A DNA stretch of 64,000 nucleotides from Candidatus Marinacidobacterales bacterium (GCA_965219415.1 CBDCNP010000002.1:4256001-4320000), one strand, 5' to 3'. Counted from the first letter of the stretch, positions 31,611-43,162 are shown. Translations and numbers: made by a program. Notes: generated by a model from the sequence alone, not told the origin.

Positions 31611-32516
31611 GCGTCCGCCCGACGACATCGACCGGCTCTCCCTCGATTCGTTGCGTCCGGTTACAAGTGACGCTCTGCTCTTCACGTTCAAGCGGTGTCA
31701 TAACTACATCGCAGGTAACCAAGGACTTCAAAAGCCGGAGGCGTTTTGGGAGCTACTTAAACTTATCTTTTGCAAAATTCAAGACGAACGAAACGATGAG
31801 CTAAGTTTCTACGTCACCACGCAGGAACGGCAGAGCATGAACGGGCAACTCAAGGTCAAGAAACGAGTGCAAACCATCTTCGAAGAAGATGTGAGGAAAC
31901 GCTACTCGTCTATCTTTCGAGACAACGAAAAGATCGACCTGGAGCCGCGTGTTTTAGCCTATCTCGTTTCTCAGCTCCAATCTGCCTATTTGCTTGAGAG
32001 CGACATCGACGTAAAGGGAAAGGCATACGAAGAGATCGTAGGCTCCAATCTTCGCGGCGATCGCGGAGAGTTCTTTACCCCGCGTAATATTTGTCGCATG
32101 GCCGTTGAGATGCTTGACCCCGACCCAAAACATCTCGTCCTTGATCCCGCATGCGGCACGGGCGGCTTTCTCACGATCGCCATGAATCACGTCATGAGAA
32201 AGATTCGTCGCAGCGCCGAACGTCGATGGCGTGACAAGAACCACCCTACCGAAGCTGAGCTTCGCGAGCGGTTTAAAAAGATCCAGGAGTACGCTGACAA
32301 AAAGATCGTCGGGATAGATATAAATCCGAACTTGGTTAAGGCCACGAAGATGAACATGGTGATGAACAACGACGGTTCCGGTGGCCTCTACCAGGGCAAT
32401 GCGCTTGAACGCCCCATAACGTGGAGAGAGGCTCTCCGTGCCCGCGATTTGATGGGGCAAGTATCGTGCCTTTTCACAAACCCTCCATTTGGAGGCAAGA
32501 TCCCAATCGATGACCC
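31611..32516 (+). pseudogene. N6 DNA methyltransferase (HsdM-like), internal fragment
   Basis: GEFFTPR, LDPACGTGGF, TNPPFG; cut on both sides by element ends. Confidence 0.9.
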
Positions 32517-32992
32517 CGTCCTGTGCCAAAACTCGGCCCTTTTGAAATACACCATAAATCAGCAGCTTAGTGTCTGTGTTTGCAACCGGGCCAAGGGCCG
32601 TGGGCTTTACAATCGTCTGGCCCGAGGGTGTTCTCTTCCAGATCCATGATCCCGATCGTCTGAACCCACAACGGTGCCAGCGGACGACCATCTCAAGTTT
32701 CAAGGTGACGAGGACGCTCTCCCAGTCAGTCCAGATTCTGCACAACAGCACCCAAAACTCGCAATCGGCATTCGAGAGCCGCGGCCGTTTCACCGAACGA
32801 CGGAGGACGGCAAGCTGCTGCCGAAGAGCGACATTGTCGAGAGCCAGCTCGCGACGAGCCTTGAAGGCAGAGATGAGAGCGGGAACCAACGACGAAATCA
32901 TGCAGGCATGGTGCCGGCAGGCCGGAGACTAATCAAGTTCGGTGCGCGCGGATGAATAAATGGAAGGCACAGCCGAGTTTTGGCACAGGACG
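32517..32992. mobile_element. A-end + rve N-terminal fragment + B-end, abutting an A-end stub
   Basis: A-end at 32517; ALRQQLAVLRR..RWHR; B-end at 32971; GCCGAGTTTTGGCACAGGACG at 32972-32992. Confidence 0.8.
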
Positions 32993-33169
32993 GGGTCCGG
33001 CAAGGCTTGAGAGCATCTCGTTCATCATCGCTCCCCGGCTCGTTCTTGATGGCCTTGGACCGGATCATCAGGCGGACCCGTGAGCTCAGTAAGCAGGCCC
33101 TGCCGCGCACGGACGCCGCGACCGAGGTCGGATCCCAGCCTCGGTTGGCGCCCAGCACGACACGCGGGG

Positions 33170-34072
33170 TCAGCGAGTTGCCGTCCCTGTCGGGAACATG
33201 CTCGCGATGTTGTCCATGGGTTGGAGGACGGCCGGCCCAACATCTTCAATGTTCGCGTCCACCAGCGGCTTCAGTGTGAAGGGGGCAGGACGGTTGTCTG
33301 GCTCCGGTTCGATCGATATAACCGCGTGGTAGCCGATCAGCGAGACCGATGGCGTGATGAACTCCTGCCCTGGGAATGGCGGCGTGCCATCCGGGCCTCT
33401 CGCCGGTCCACCCGCGTCCGAGTCGTCACCCGTCACCTGAGTGAATCGGCCCGTCGACACCGGGCCTTCGGGGCCGACCACCCAGCCTTCGTAAACCCAG
33501 CCCGCAGGCAACTCCGGCAGCACCAGCGACGCGCGATGACCGGCAGGGTTAAGCCACCAGATGCCCGACGCATAATCACCCGCCACAGCGGCCGTCGAAG
33601 GTGTCTCCAGAATGAAGCTCCCGGACGCGGAAGTGAAGTCGCTCCCCAACGCTGCACCATCCGCCACAGAAAGCGCAGCGCTGTTTCCAGCGAAGTCACC
33701 GGCGAGATACTTCGTCCCCGACGGCGCAGGGTCAGAATCCGGCGAAGGCTCAATGCTTAGGATGAACTTCGTCGCAGACGACAGCGCCGCCTCATCGACG
33801 GGAAAGTTGAGTTGACTCAAGCTGCCATCGTCACGGACCCTGAAAGTGCCCGTCGAGACGGGATTGCCGTCCACCAGGATCCAGCCCTCGTAGACGAAAT
33901 CAGAACCTAGACGCTCGAGACCGTTGAACGACAACCCGAGACCCATCGAGCTGGATCCGGTGGGGGTGTTCTGGCTGGGCCCCGTGGGACTGTCGTTGTC
34001 GTCGCCACACGCGGTGACAAAAGCAACCGTCATGCCAAGCAGCACCATCGCTACCGTCATGAATCGTTTCAT
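33170..34072 (-). CDS. Lipoprotein with duplicated RskA-C-like domains
   Basis: Lipobox VTAC; two YEGW..PVSTG(T/R)F..SIEP.PD..PAP repeats. Confidence 0.75.
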   Translation of the reverse strand: MKRFMTVAMVLLGMTVAFVTACGDDNDSPTGPSQNTPTGSSSMGLGLSFNGLERLGSDFVYEGWILVDGNPVSTGTFRVRDDGSLSQLNFPVDEAALSSATKFILSIEPSPDSDPAPSGTKYLAGDFAGNSAALSVADGAALGSDFTSASGSFILETPSTAAVAGDYASGIWWLNPAGHRASLVLPELPAGWVYEGWVVGPEGPVSTGRFTQVTGDDSDAGGPARGPDGTPPFPGQEFITPSVSLIGYHAVISIEPEPDNRPAPFTLKPLVDANIEDVGPAVLQPMDNIASMFPTGTATR

Positions 34073-34103
34073 GATCTATCCTCCTTCGGTTGTGGGGATC
34101 GCT

Positions 34104-34223
34104 GGTATTGTCAAGTTGAGGCATTCAGGGCTGACCCGACCCCAAGATGTTGGCAACGCGGTGCGCTCGAACCCTATTATCTAGAGGCCCGCCCCGAGCT
34201 TGAAACCTCAACTTGACTGTACC
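34104..34223 (+). mobile_element. 120-bp MITE with IS6-like TIRs (family H), intact
   Basis: GGTATTGTCAAGTTGAGG...CCTCAACTTGACTGTACC. Confidence 0.85.
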
Positions 34224-34519
34224 GTCTCTGGGGCTATGCCAGCGAACTACACCGCCACATTATAGCTCATCCCTGCTCGAACGCACTTGAGGATTTTCTC
34301 TTGGCGCTTGGGGGTGAGTTTGGTTTTCCGTCCAGCCATGTGTTTTGGGGAATTTTACCAGGGTTGCCTGAAGATATGATGAAATTGACGCAATAGGTCG
34401 CGGTTGGCCTTCTCCCCACGCGCGAAACAGGCGTAGAATGTGGCTTATTGACGCCTGCGACCTGCCCAGCTTCCTTATTACTTATTCCAGCCCGAACGCA
34501 CTCCAGGATGGTTTTTGGG

Positions 34520-36121
34520 GTTGCTGTCAAGTTGAGGTCTCGAGCTCGGAGCGGGCCGCTAGATAATGGGGCTCGAGCGTACCGCGTTGCCAACATCTTG
34601 GGGTCCGGTCGGTCCCGAATGCCTCAACTAATAAGAAACTCAGGGTGTAGCGTTGGCAAGAGGTGTGAGAGTGACGTCAAAACCGAGCTCCCTTAGGCGT
34701 CGTGTCATTCGTATTGTGAGCTGTTCCTTGTCGCGTTGATGGAAGTAATCGGCACCCAGTTCCCGGTATGGAATCTCATTGTGGAGCATGTAGTAGACGG
34801 CGGTGATGATGGAGGCGGCGACGGCGACGACAGCTTTCTTGGGGCCCCGACGAGACTTGAGCCGGAAGAACTGGGCACGCAGATAGCTGTCGCGCTTGCG
34901 GCTTGCCGCCCAAGCGGCTTGGACAAGAGCGGTCTTGAGCCATGGAGCCCCTTTGCGGGTTTTCTGAGAAAAGCGTTTACCGGCACTCTCATGAAGCCGT
35001 GGGCATAGACCGGCCCAAGAGCGAAGGTGTCCGGCCGTTGGGAATGCCGAGACATCGGGTCCGATCTCGGCGACGAGAATGGCCGCCGTGGCTTCACTGA
35101 TGCCCGGGATCGTCACCAGAAGCTCGACGGCCGATCGAAAAGGGCGCAGGCTCTCTGTGATACGGGATTCGAGCGCGCTCACTGAGGCTTCAAGCTGCTC
35201 GATATGATGGAGATGAAAACCCAACAGGAAACGATGATGGTCGGTAACGTAGCCCTCGAGCGCTGCGCTCAATTCCTGTTCAGTGGCTTTGAGTCGGCTC
35301 GAGCCCAGCTCACTCAGCTTGTGAGGGTCGCTTTCTCCCGCAATGATCGCTCGGAGAATCGCCCGCCCGCTTACTCCCAAAATCGTGCTAATCACGCTCG
35401 TCAATTTGATGTTCGCGTCTTCCAACGTCTTTTGAATTCGCTGGGTCTCCCGAGCGATTTCTCGAACGAACTGCTTTCGCGTTCGGGTCAGCTCTCGCAG
35501 TTCCTGGATCGGCGTTGGCGGAACGAAGCTAGCTCGAATGAGACCATGGGCAAGCAAATCCGCTATCCACAAGGCATCACTGATATCGCTCTTACGACCC
35601 GGCATGTTCTTGACGTGGGCCGGTTGTGCCAACACCAACTCAAAATGACCTTCGAGCACATGCCACACCGGCTTCCAATACACTCCGGTCGCTTCCATCG
35701 CTACAATCGTGCAACCGCACTGCCCCAGCCAATCCAACATTTCCAGCAATTCGCTCGTGGCCGTGCCGAACACACGCGTCTCGCGCACCACCTTCCGCTT
35801 CGACGCTACCCGCACGCAAGCCGTAATCGATTTCTGGTGGACGTCCAATCCGGCGCATCGCTTATGAACCACTCTCATCGCAGCCTCCTTCACGTCGCAC
35901 CGGCGTGGAGCCCACGAACTTGTAATCTAATAGACGCGCTCAACTATCCCAGCTGGAATAGAAAACGCAATTTGGGGTACGCGCAGGACTCCCAGCCAAA
36001 CTTGACAACGGGCTCAGTCGCACCAACGTTAAGCCGAGCTCTGAGCCGGTGCCACCTTCACAGACTACCGCGTTTCATTTATTCGGGGTGACCGCCAGGC
36101 CGTGGAAAACTTGACAGTACC
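34520..36121 (-). mobile_element. H MITE interrupted within its TIR by a complete IS110 (about 34630-36107)
   Basis: MITE body at 34520-34629; TIR remainder TGACAGTACC at 36112-36121; AACT at both junctions. Confidence 0.85.
34640..35893 (-). CDS. IS110-family recombinase
   Basis: GLDVH, MEATG, KSDISDA (DEDD); IPGIS..AGL.P...ESAG (Tnp20 Ser). Confidence 0.95.
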   Translation of the reverse strand: MKEAAMRVVHKRCAGLDVHQKSITACVRVASKRKVVRETRVFGTATSELLEMLDWLGQCGCTIVAMEATGVYWKPVWHVLEGHFELVLAQPAHVKNMPGRKSDISDALWIADLLAHGLIRASFVPPTPIQELRELTRTRKQFVREIARETQRIQKTLEDANIKLTSVISTILGVSGRAILRAIIAGESDPHKLSELGSSRLKATEQELSAALEGYVTDHHRFLLGFHLHHIEQLEASVSALESRITESLRPFRSAVELLVTIPGISEATAAILVAEIGPDVSAFPTAGHLRSWAGLCPRLHESAGKRFSQKTRKGAPWLKTALVQAAWAASRKRDSYLRAQFFRLKSRRGPKKAVVAVAASIITAVYYMLHNEIPYRELGADYFHQRDKEQLTIRMTRRLRELGFDVTLTPLANATP

Positions 36122-36298
36122 GTAGTGCACTATCACACAGAACGGAACCACCAAGGTCTCGGCAACGAGCTCATCACACCTCTGCCGGCAAGCGCGAATG
36201 ACGCTGGCCCCATCGTGTCGCGAGAGCGACTCGGGGGCATTCTCAACTACTACTACCGTGCCGCGTAGATTGTCGCCGGCGACGGTAGCCCCTCGGTG
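36122..36298 (+). pseudogene. 3' fragment of the 356-aa transposase element
   Basis: Near-identical to the reverse complement of 1-176. Confidence 0.9.
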
Positions 36299-36336
36299 GG
36301 CTCGACCGACGTAGCGTGGAAACAGCTTCAGGAACA

Positions 36337-36776
36337 ACTCCGGTCGCTTCCATCGCTACAATCGTGCAACCGCACTGCCCCAGCCAATCCAACATTTCCA
36401 GCAATTCGCTCGTGGCCGTGTCGAACACACGCGTCTCGCGCACCACCTTCCGCTTCGACGCTACCCGCACGCAAGCCGTAATCGATTTTTGGTGGACGTC
36501 CAATCCGGCGCATCGCTTATGAACCACTCTCATCGCAGCCTCCTTCACGTCGCACCGGCGTGGAGCCCACGAACTTGTAATCTAATAGACGCGCTCAACT
36601 ATCCCAGCTGGAATAGAAAACGCAATTTGGGGTACGCGCAGGACTCCCAGCCAAACTTGACAACGGGCTCAGTCGCACCAACGTTAAGCCGACCTCTGAG
36701 CCGGTGCCACCTTCACAGACTACCGCGTTTCATTTATTCGGGGTGACCGCCAGGCCGTGGAAAACTTGACAGTACC
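36337..36776 (-). mobile_element. IS110 copy 2: non-coding end plus first ~70 codons
   Basis: Near-identical to 35683-36121, with the same target flank. Confidence 0.9.
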
Positions 36777-36779
36777 GTC

Positions 36780-36945
36780 GGTGCTTGCGCTGTTTACTGT
36801 TGGTAATATGTACGCATCCCTTTGCAAAAGGGGCGCTTACGCTCCATTTAGCGTGCAGCGAAGGTCGTAAGCGCTATTTTGGCTGTAATTTAATGCACCG
36901 TAAAGTCTTAGCGTCATCTCACCAACACTTAATGGCGGAAGCACC
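36780..36945 (+). mobile_element. G1 MITE
   Basis: 166 bp with TIRs, matches 13502-13667. Confidence 0.9.
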
Positions 36946-37039
36946 GGGTCGCTTGCGCCTGACCGATGCGAAACGTCCCGTCGCACCAGTCTCAAGTCCG
37001 TTTGTGTTTTTGGACACGAGGGGATGACGAGGTGGTCGG

Positions 37040-37906
37040 ATGATCAAGGTGGTGAGCTGGAACATCGGCAAGCGCAAGAAGCCGTGGCGCCAACTGGTGC
37101 AGATGGCTCGCGAAGGTGACGCGGATTTGGCGCTCTTGCAGGAAGCGGGAAGCCCACCCGGAGACTTGGTGCACTGGATCGAATACATGGACAAGGTGTT
37201 CTGGAACCGGCAACTATACGACCGCTGGCCGTTGGTCGTGAAGCTGTCCGATCGAATCACCGTCGAGCCGTACCGCCAAGTCCCGCCGACCAACGAACTC
37301 GGTGAGGATACGATTGGTGTCAGTGGCATCGGCACCATCGCCGCCAGTAGGGTGATCCCGTGCGACAACGAGGAAGAGGCTTTTGTGGCAGTGTCGATGT
37401 ACGCACGCTGGTTGCATCCTCATCCGTCTACCAGGAGCAGTTGGGGTGTCGGTTACTCGGATGCCTCAGCCCATCGGATCATTTCGGACCTGTCCGCGTT
37501 CATAGGTCATTCCGACCCTACGAAGCACAGGATCCTGGCTGCGGGTGATCTGAACATGTTCTACGGGGCAGTCGGTTCCAGGTTGTCGCTGCCGGAACGT
37601 GACCGCACGGTGTGGGATCGGATGCAGGCGCTCGGGCTGGAGTTCCTGGGTCCGCAGGCGCCGCACGGTCGGCGCGCACGAACTGCGCCAGACGACGTAC
37701 CGCCGACCACGAGGAACGTGCCGACCTACTACCGCCCGGGAACCGAACCGGAAACCGCGGTGAATCAATTGGACTACGCGTTCGCGTCGCGCGGGTTCCA
37801 CGAGAAGGTCTCAGTGCTGGCGATGAACGAGATTGAGGAGTGGGGCCCGAGCGATCACTGCCGTCTGATGATCGAGGTAAATGTGAAAGGCCACAACAAG
37901 AGTTGA
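37040..37906 (+). CDS. Endonuclease/exonuclease/phosphatase (EEP) family protein
   Basis: VSWNI, LLQE, AGDLN, LDYAF, SDH; a D-end lies about 20 bp upstream. Confidence 0.9.
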   Translation: MIKVVSWNIGKRKKPWRQLVQMAREGDADLALLQEAGSPPGDLVHWIEYMDKVFWNRQLYDRWPLVVKLSDRITVEPYRQVPPTNELGEDTIGVSGIGTIAASRVIPCDNEEEAFVAVSMYARWLHPHPSTRSSWGVGYSDASAHRIISDLSAFIGHSDPTKHRILAAGDLNMFYGAVGSRLSLPERDRTVWDRMQALGLEFLGPQAPHGRRARTAPDDVPPTTRNVPTYYRPGTEPETAVNQLDYAFASRGFHEKVSVLAMNEIEEWGPSDHCRLMIEVNVKGHNKS

Positions 37907-37964
37907 CTTCCCTCGACTGGACCGCCGTACTAGCCACGAGGGATCACGCGCCGCGACGGACGGC

Positions 37965-38820
37965 CATGATCCGAAAAAAAGATCGCGTATTGATGAGCAA
38001 ACAGCGTCGTGTCCGAAAATACAAACGGAGCCCGAAAGCTCGAATCCTAGAGGCTTTCTCGAAATTCGCGGAGACCAACCGGGTTCCCAAGCATGCGCGG
38101 GGATGAACTCCGCATACCTCGTAGGGCAAGCCGGCGCGAGAGAAGGAAAGAAGAAAGGGATGAAGATCGAGCCAACAGAGCCGAACGAGTTCATCAATGA
38201 CCTGGTGCTGCTAAGTTTCATTGTGTTGGGGATTTTCGCGTTCTACTACGTGAGCGCTTGCGTGTTTTGATGTTATGTTTCCAATGAAGTGAAGCGTCCT
38301 CCCGCAAAGCTGATCTTTTCGAGAACCCGGTTCTCCTCGAGCACGTAGACGATAGTGGACTGTTGGTCACGCTGGACTCGACCAGCAATGGCGACGACCA
38401 ACTATGTCAAGGACTGGATCGGCGTGCGAAGACCGAGGATTCTAGCTTCCATCGGCCAACCAAACCTAGATATCTCTATTCCGAAACGTCACGGCGCGAC
38501 GGCGTCGTGTCCAAGAATACGAACGGAGCCGGAAAGCTCGAATCCTAGAGGCGTTCTCGAAATTTGTGGAAACCCGCCGACGCGGCACTGGCTCTGCTAA
38601 GGACTGCCGACGTATTCTTCTGCCTCGGTCAACGCGTTCCCGAGCCCTTGATGGTTGCGCTCTCTGTAATAATGATGAATGAACTCAGCGACGGCCCGGC
38701 GCGCCGGTCTTGAGTTCGTTTGTATTCTTGGACACGACGGAGTTTTTGGGTTTGCCAAAAAGATGTTACGCCATTCTTATTTCCACGGGAATCGGGACAG
38801 ATCCTATTTTGCGGATCACA
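37965..38820. mobile_element. Cluster of D- and F-type ends and rve fragments
   Basis: D-ends at 38005, 38503 and 38739; F-like ends at about 37967 and 38820; 38385-38490 homologous to 24465-24570. Confidence 0.7.
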
Positions 38821-38885
38821 ACCAGAGGTGCCACCCTAGTATGGCTGACCGACAGAACTAATTTTGGCAGAACCAGGAGAACAAG

Positions 38886-39320
38886 ATGGCAAGACTAACG
38901 ATAAGCTCCTATAGAAAACCCGCGGTGATCATAAGTCGAAGCGCCGTTGCACGAGACCACCTCGTCTATATTGCCGTCGCTAACAAGCCCATGAGGTACA
39001 GATATGGGCGCTCCAGAATCGTCTATATCGGTACGACTAGAGCAGGCGCCTCACGGATCGCGCAGAGTGCCGCTGGTAAGGCCAATCATATGCTGGCTCT
39101 TCACGGGGTAACTCACCTCCAGTTTTATGTTGTTTCGTGTCCGCGACGGCAACGTGTTCAAACGTGGAAAAAACTGGAGCGTGGGCTACTTCTTTGCTTT
39201 CGTGAGCAATTCGGCGAAGTGCCCGAGTGCAACACGCAGGGAAGGCGAATGAAATGGCGAGATGAGCTCAAGTACTTTACAGAACGCCGCATGCGATCCG
39301 TCATCTTCAAGTACTCTTGA
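38886..39320 (+). CDS. GIY-YIG-like hypothetical nuclease
   Basis: LVY..IVYIGT..R..LE..PECN pattern; RBS AGGAG. Confidence 0.6.
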   Translation: MARLTISSYRKPAVIISRSAVARDHLVYIAVANKPMRYRYGRSRIVYIGTTRAGASRIAQSAAGKANHMLALHGVTHLQFYVVSCPRRQRVQTWKKLERGLLLCFREQFGEVPECNTQGRRMKWRDELKYFTERRMRSVIFKYS

Positions 39321-39336
39321 GATTGGATCGTCTGAT

Positions 39337-39495
39337 ATGAGTGAAGAAATCGCCCTTGTCGGTATCGATTGCGCGACCCAGCCATCCAATGTCGGACTTG
39401 CGCTCGGCGTTTGGCGTCTCGGCTCTCTAGAAATTCGCGAACTGGGAAACAGAGAACATTCTCCCCAAGAAACAATAACCCACTGGTTGAATCAG
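39337..39495 (+). pseudogene. DUF429-like RNase-H-fold nuclease, 5' fragment
   Basis: LVGIDCATQPSNVGLA. Confidence 0.55.
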
Positions 39496-39844
39496 CGTAC
39501 CCGTACTGGTCGCGCTCGGGGTCGCGCCAGACGGGCAGAAACGTCTGTTGTCATTGCGTCTGGCGGTGAGCGAAGCCTCGACGCATTGGGGCTCCGTGCT
39601 GGAGGGACTCCAGGCTCGAGGACTCCGGGCTTTATTAGGGAAGAGAAGAAGAAGGAAGAATCAAACTAGTTGCTCTCGGACCGCCCAAGAGTAGCCGCCA
39701 CCGACGAGAACAGACATGGGATGCCCCCCGGGTCTAGTGTCGGCGTGAGCGCTGGCGCTCTACTTCCTCCAGATCTTTGCGCTGGTCTTCTGCACTGCCC
39801 AGAAACGTTGCCCGAACCGCCTTCATGTTCCACTTTTCCTTAGG

Positions 39845-40295
39845 CTCCAGTCTCATTCCGTCGAGGAGCCCACCCTAAGCCCGGCGCGCAAGGCTGCGCT
39901 TCGACGTAGGTGGGCGGATCTTATCCGTCGGGTGTACGAAGTCGACCCTCTGCTTTGTGAGCGCTGCGGTGGCCAGCTCCGAGTGATCGGCTTCATCACC
40001 GAGCCTCGTGTCATAGGAAAGATTCTTGAGCATCTCGAAAAGCGAGACCGACATTCACGAGCTCCACCTCCTGCTCAGCCGGTCTCGGTATCTTGAGCCC
40101 CTCCCCCGGCGCTCCATCGACTCTCTTCGTGTGTCTAGACGAGCAGAGCCTGCCCGCAAGCCCTCGAGCACACCACCAGCTTTCCCTCTTCAACTCGAGA
40201 TGCTATTCTTCCCCTTCCAAAGGAGGGGAGAACGCACCTACGGGGGTGAAAAGCACCGGTATCGGAGGAGCACCCGCGGGTCAAAATCCCTATCC
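39845..40295 (+). mobile_element. IS91/ISCR-like transposase 3' fragment with oriIS end (not in the ORF track)
   Basis: 39911-40096 translates as WADLIRRVYEVDPLLCERCGGQLRVIGFITEPRVIGKILEHL..RAPP*; end AAAATCCCTATCC. Confidence 0.8.
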
Positions 40296-40306
40296 TTTGG
40301 TAGACC

Positions 40307-41521
40307 ATGGATCATCGAAGTGGACTCAAACTCGCGGACATCCGCAACCTCGCCGACCCCGCGGAGCTCTACGGGAGGTTGCGCCAGGATCCGGTTTCCT
40401 GGTCAAAGGAGTTCGACGGATGGTTTCTATCCCGATACGTCGACGTCAAGAACGCCTTGCTCGAGGCTTCTTTGAGCAACGAGAGAATCTCTCACCTAAA
40501 GGACGAGCTTCCCGGAATGGAAGACCTGCTGAAGGACTACGCCCGGGTCCTTCGTGGCGCCATGTTCATGGCCGATCCTCCGATCCACACCCGGTTAAGA
40601 AAATTAACTCGGGGAGGGTTTACACACGCTTCCGTCGAGCACTGGCGGTCGGTCATTCAAGGTGTTGTCGATTCTTGTCTGGACAAGGTGCAAAGCGCGG
40701 GGCGGATGGATATCGTGGCCGACTTCGCCGATCCCATCCCATCGATCTTCATGGCCGAGCTCTTCGACATCTCCGCCGGAGATCGAGATGAATTCTTCCA
40801 ATGGTCGATCGACCTAGCCGCTTTCTTCGGCTCGCCTTTAGGCGACGTCAAAGAAAAGGCGCGTCTAGCCAATGAAGGTACTCGCAAACTCGAAGAATAC
40901 TTCCTTGAGCTCATCGACCGGCGCCATCGGAAGCCAGGGGAAGACCTCGTTAGCTTCTTCATTCAAAAGCAAGAGGAGGGAACTTTGAGCGAGGCCGAGG
41001 TGAGTGCTCAGTGTGTAGCTCTGCTGGCGGCGGGAACTATTACCACTGCCGACCAACTCAGCAACAGCATCGATGCCCTTCTCCGAAACCCGGATCAACT
41101 TAAACGATTGCAGCAGGTCCCGGGTCTCATCGTGGGAGCGGTCCAAGAGACACTGCGCTACGAGCCCGCCTCTCCGTTTATCTACAAGCTGGCTACCGAC
41201 GACTTCACCCTGGCCGGCCAAGAAATCCACAAAGGCCAGCGAGTTTTCCTGTGCTTCGGTCCAGCCAACCGGGATCCGGAGATGTTTCCCGAACCCGATC
41301 GCCTGGACATCGAGCGGTCGAACAGCCGGCAGCATCTCGCCTTCGGATCGGGCCCCCACTGGTGCCTCGGCGCAGACCTGGCCAGCGTTGAGATAGAAAT
41401 TGCGCTGGGGACATTGTTGAGGCGCCTGCCCCAACTGCGATTCGACGAGACTCGACCCGCGACACGCCGCTGGGAAAGCTTGACGTTCCGCGGCTTCTCA
41501 GAGCTATCCGTTGTTTTCTGA
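40307..41521 (+). CDS. Cytochrome P450
   Basis: DPPIHTRLR, ETLR, ANRDP, FGSGPHWCLG. Confidence 0.95.
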   Translation: MDHRSGLKLADIRNLADPAELYGRLRQDPVSWSKEFDGWFLSRYVDVKNALLEASLSNERISHLKDELPGMEDLLKDYARVLRGAMFMADPPIHTRLRKLTRGGFTHASVEHWRSVIQGVVDSCLDKVQSAGRMDIVADFADPIPSIFMAELFDISAGDRDEFFQWSIDLAAFFGSPLGDVKEKARLANEGTRKLEEYFLELIDRRHRKPGEDLVSFFIQKQEEGTLSEAEVSAQCVALLAAGTITTADQLSNSIDALLRNPDQLKRLQQVPGLIVGAVQETLRYEPASPFIYKLATDDFTLAGQEIHKGQRVFLCFGPANRDPEMFPEPDRLDIERSNSRQHLAFGSGPHWCLGADLASVEIEIALGTLLRRLPQLRFDETRPATRRWESLTFRGFSELSVVF

Positions 41522-41541
41522 ATATAAGGAGGAGGTGCGCC

Positions 41542-42339
41542 ATGGCGAAGACGGTCACTCCTGATGGCGTCCAGATCGACTACGTGAGCAGAGGACAGGG
41601 TAAGCCCATCTTCTTCGTTCACGGGTGGTTTTGCAGCCAGCGCGTCTGGGACTGTCAGTTCCACGCTCTGCAAGACCGATACCGCTCGGTCGCTCTCGAC
41701 CTCCGCGGCATGGGCCAGTCGGAGAAAGCGGACTGCAAGTACACGTTCGAGGAGTTCGCCTCGGACGTTCGCCACGTCATTAAGGAGCTTGGGCTCAAGG
41801 AGGTGACGCTGGTGGGTTGGTCGATGGGCGTCAGCGTCTCGCTTGCGTATATGGAGAACTACCAGGACGACGGGGACGTGGCCCGGGTCGTGCTCATCAA
41901 CGGCCCGATCAAACTGATCAGCTCGCCGGGTTGGGACTTCGGTATCGAGGAAAAAGAGTGCATGGGCTATATCAATGGATTGGCCAACGAGTCCATTAAC
42001 GGGCGCAGAAGTTTTGCCGCGGCGAATCTCTACAAGCCGACGGAGGCCGAGATCGATTTCCTCTTCAACTTATCGCTGCAGACGCCCCTCGACATCGGAC
42101 TCAAGGCGGCTTACAACCAGATGGAGCTGGATCAGCGCTCGGTCTTGAAGTCCTTGAAGGTTCCATGCCTCGCCATGCAAAGCGACCACGACTTCTACCC
42201 GGTGGGGCTGGGGCATTACATCTCCGAGACTGTCCCTAAAGGACACGTGAAGATCTTCGAGGACAGTGGGCATGCCCTTCCGTTTCAAGACACCGCTCGG
42301 TTCAACGAGGCTCTCATCGAGTTCATCGAGTCCACTTAG
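41542..42339 (+). CDS. Alpha/beta hydrolase (non-haem haloperoxidase-like)
   Basis: VHGW, DLRGMG.S, GWSMG, SGHA. Confidence 0.9.
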   Translation: MAKTVTPDGVQIDYVSRGQGKPIFFVHGWFCSQRVWDCQFHALQDRYRSVALDLRGMGQSEKADCKYTFEEFASDVRHVIKELGLKEVTLVGWSMGVSVSLAYMENYQDDGDVARVVLINGPIKLISSPGWDFGIEEKECMGYINGLANESINGRRSFAAANLYKPTEAEIDFLFNLSLQTPLDIGLKAAYNQMELDQRSVLKSLKVPCLAMQSDHDFYPVGLGHYISETVPKGHVKIFEDSGHALPFQDTARFNEALIEFIEST

Positions 42340-42372
42340 TCGTACGAAAGCTTCGCAGGAAGGAGCAAGGAG

Positions 42373-42690
42373 ATGATCAGAATCTCGGTCCTCTATCCTC
42401 ACGAGTCGGGTGCGCGATTCGACCATCAGTACTACTCGACGACCCACGTCCAACTGATCAAGGAGAAGCTCGGGCCCGCCGGTTTGGTGCGCGTGGAGAT
42501 CGACCGCGGGGTTGCGGGAGAATCGGAAGGAGCACCGGCACCGTATACCGCCGTCGGACACCTGGTGTTCGAGTCGCTCGAGGCCTTCGGTTCGGCCATG
42601 GCCGCTCACGGGGAGGCGCTGGCCGCCGATATGCCGAACTACACGGACCTCAAACCGTCGGTTCAGATTAGCGAGATCCTCCACAGCTAG
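42373..42690 (+). CDS. EthD-family protein
   Basis: ISVLYP..FD..YY...H..D.PNYTD..P.VQISE. Confidence 0.85.
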   Translation: MIRISVLYPHESGARFDHQYYSTTHVQLIKEKLGPAGLVRVEIDRGVAGESEGAPAPYTAVGHLVFESLEAFGSAMAAHGEALAADMPNYTDLKPSVQISEILHS

Positions 42691-42702
42691 AGCGACTCGG
42701 AG

Positions 42703-43162
42703 TCATCTCCAACTCAGGGTGTCGTAGCGTTCGCCGGCTTTCATCACCAAGTGGATCTTGTGCCAGGCCCAGCGCTTTTCGAGCGGGTTGGCTTCGAGAG
42801 AGATGATGTCGGCCAACTTCCCAGGCTCCAAGGTACCCAGGTCGTCCCCTATGCCGATGTTCTGGGCGCCGACCGCGGTGCCAGCACGGATGGCATCCAT
42901 CGGCGTGAAACCGCCCTCGATCAAGAACTCGATGGCGTTTCCGATGCCGCCGATGTAGAGCGGATCCATCCCCAGGCTTACCGGGATACCAGCTTTGAAG
43001 GCGGCCAAGACCTGAGTCTGTTGTGTCCGGATGGAAGGGGAAAAATCGCGTCCCCGGCGATTCTCGTCGAAGTCATCGTAGGGACGATCTTCGGTCTCGA
43101 CTTCGGGGTGGGCCTTCCGATGCTCGAAGTATTGTTTCTTCTCGAAGTCGATCCATTCTCCT
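42703..43162 (-). pseudogene. Amidohydrolase 3' fragment (paralogue of 52835-54262)
   Basis: GTLEPGKLADII; cut exactly at the TIR at 43163. Confidence 0.9.

Noticed and set aside
31954-32901. 315-aa minus-strand ORF
   Set aside because: Chimeric read-through of an rve fragment, an A-end and antisense HsdM
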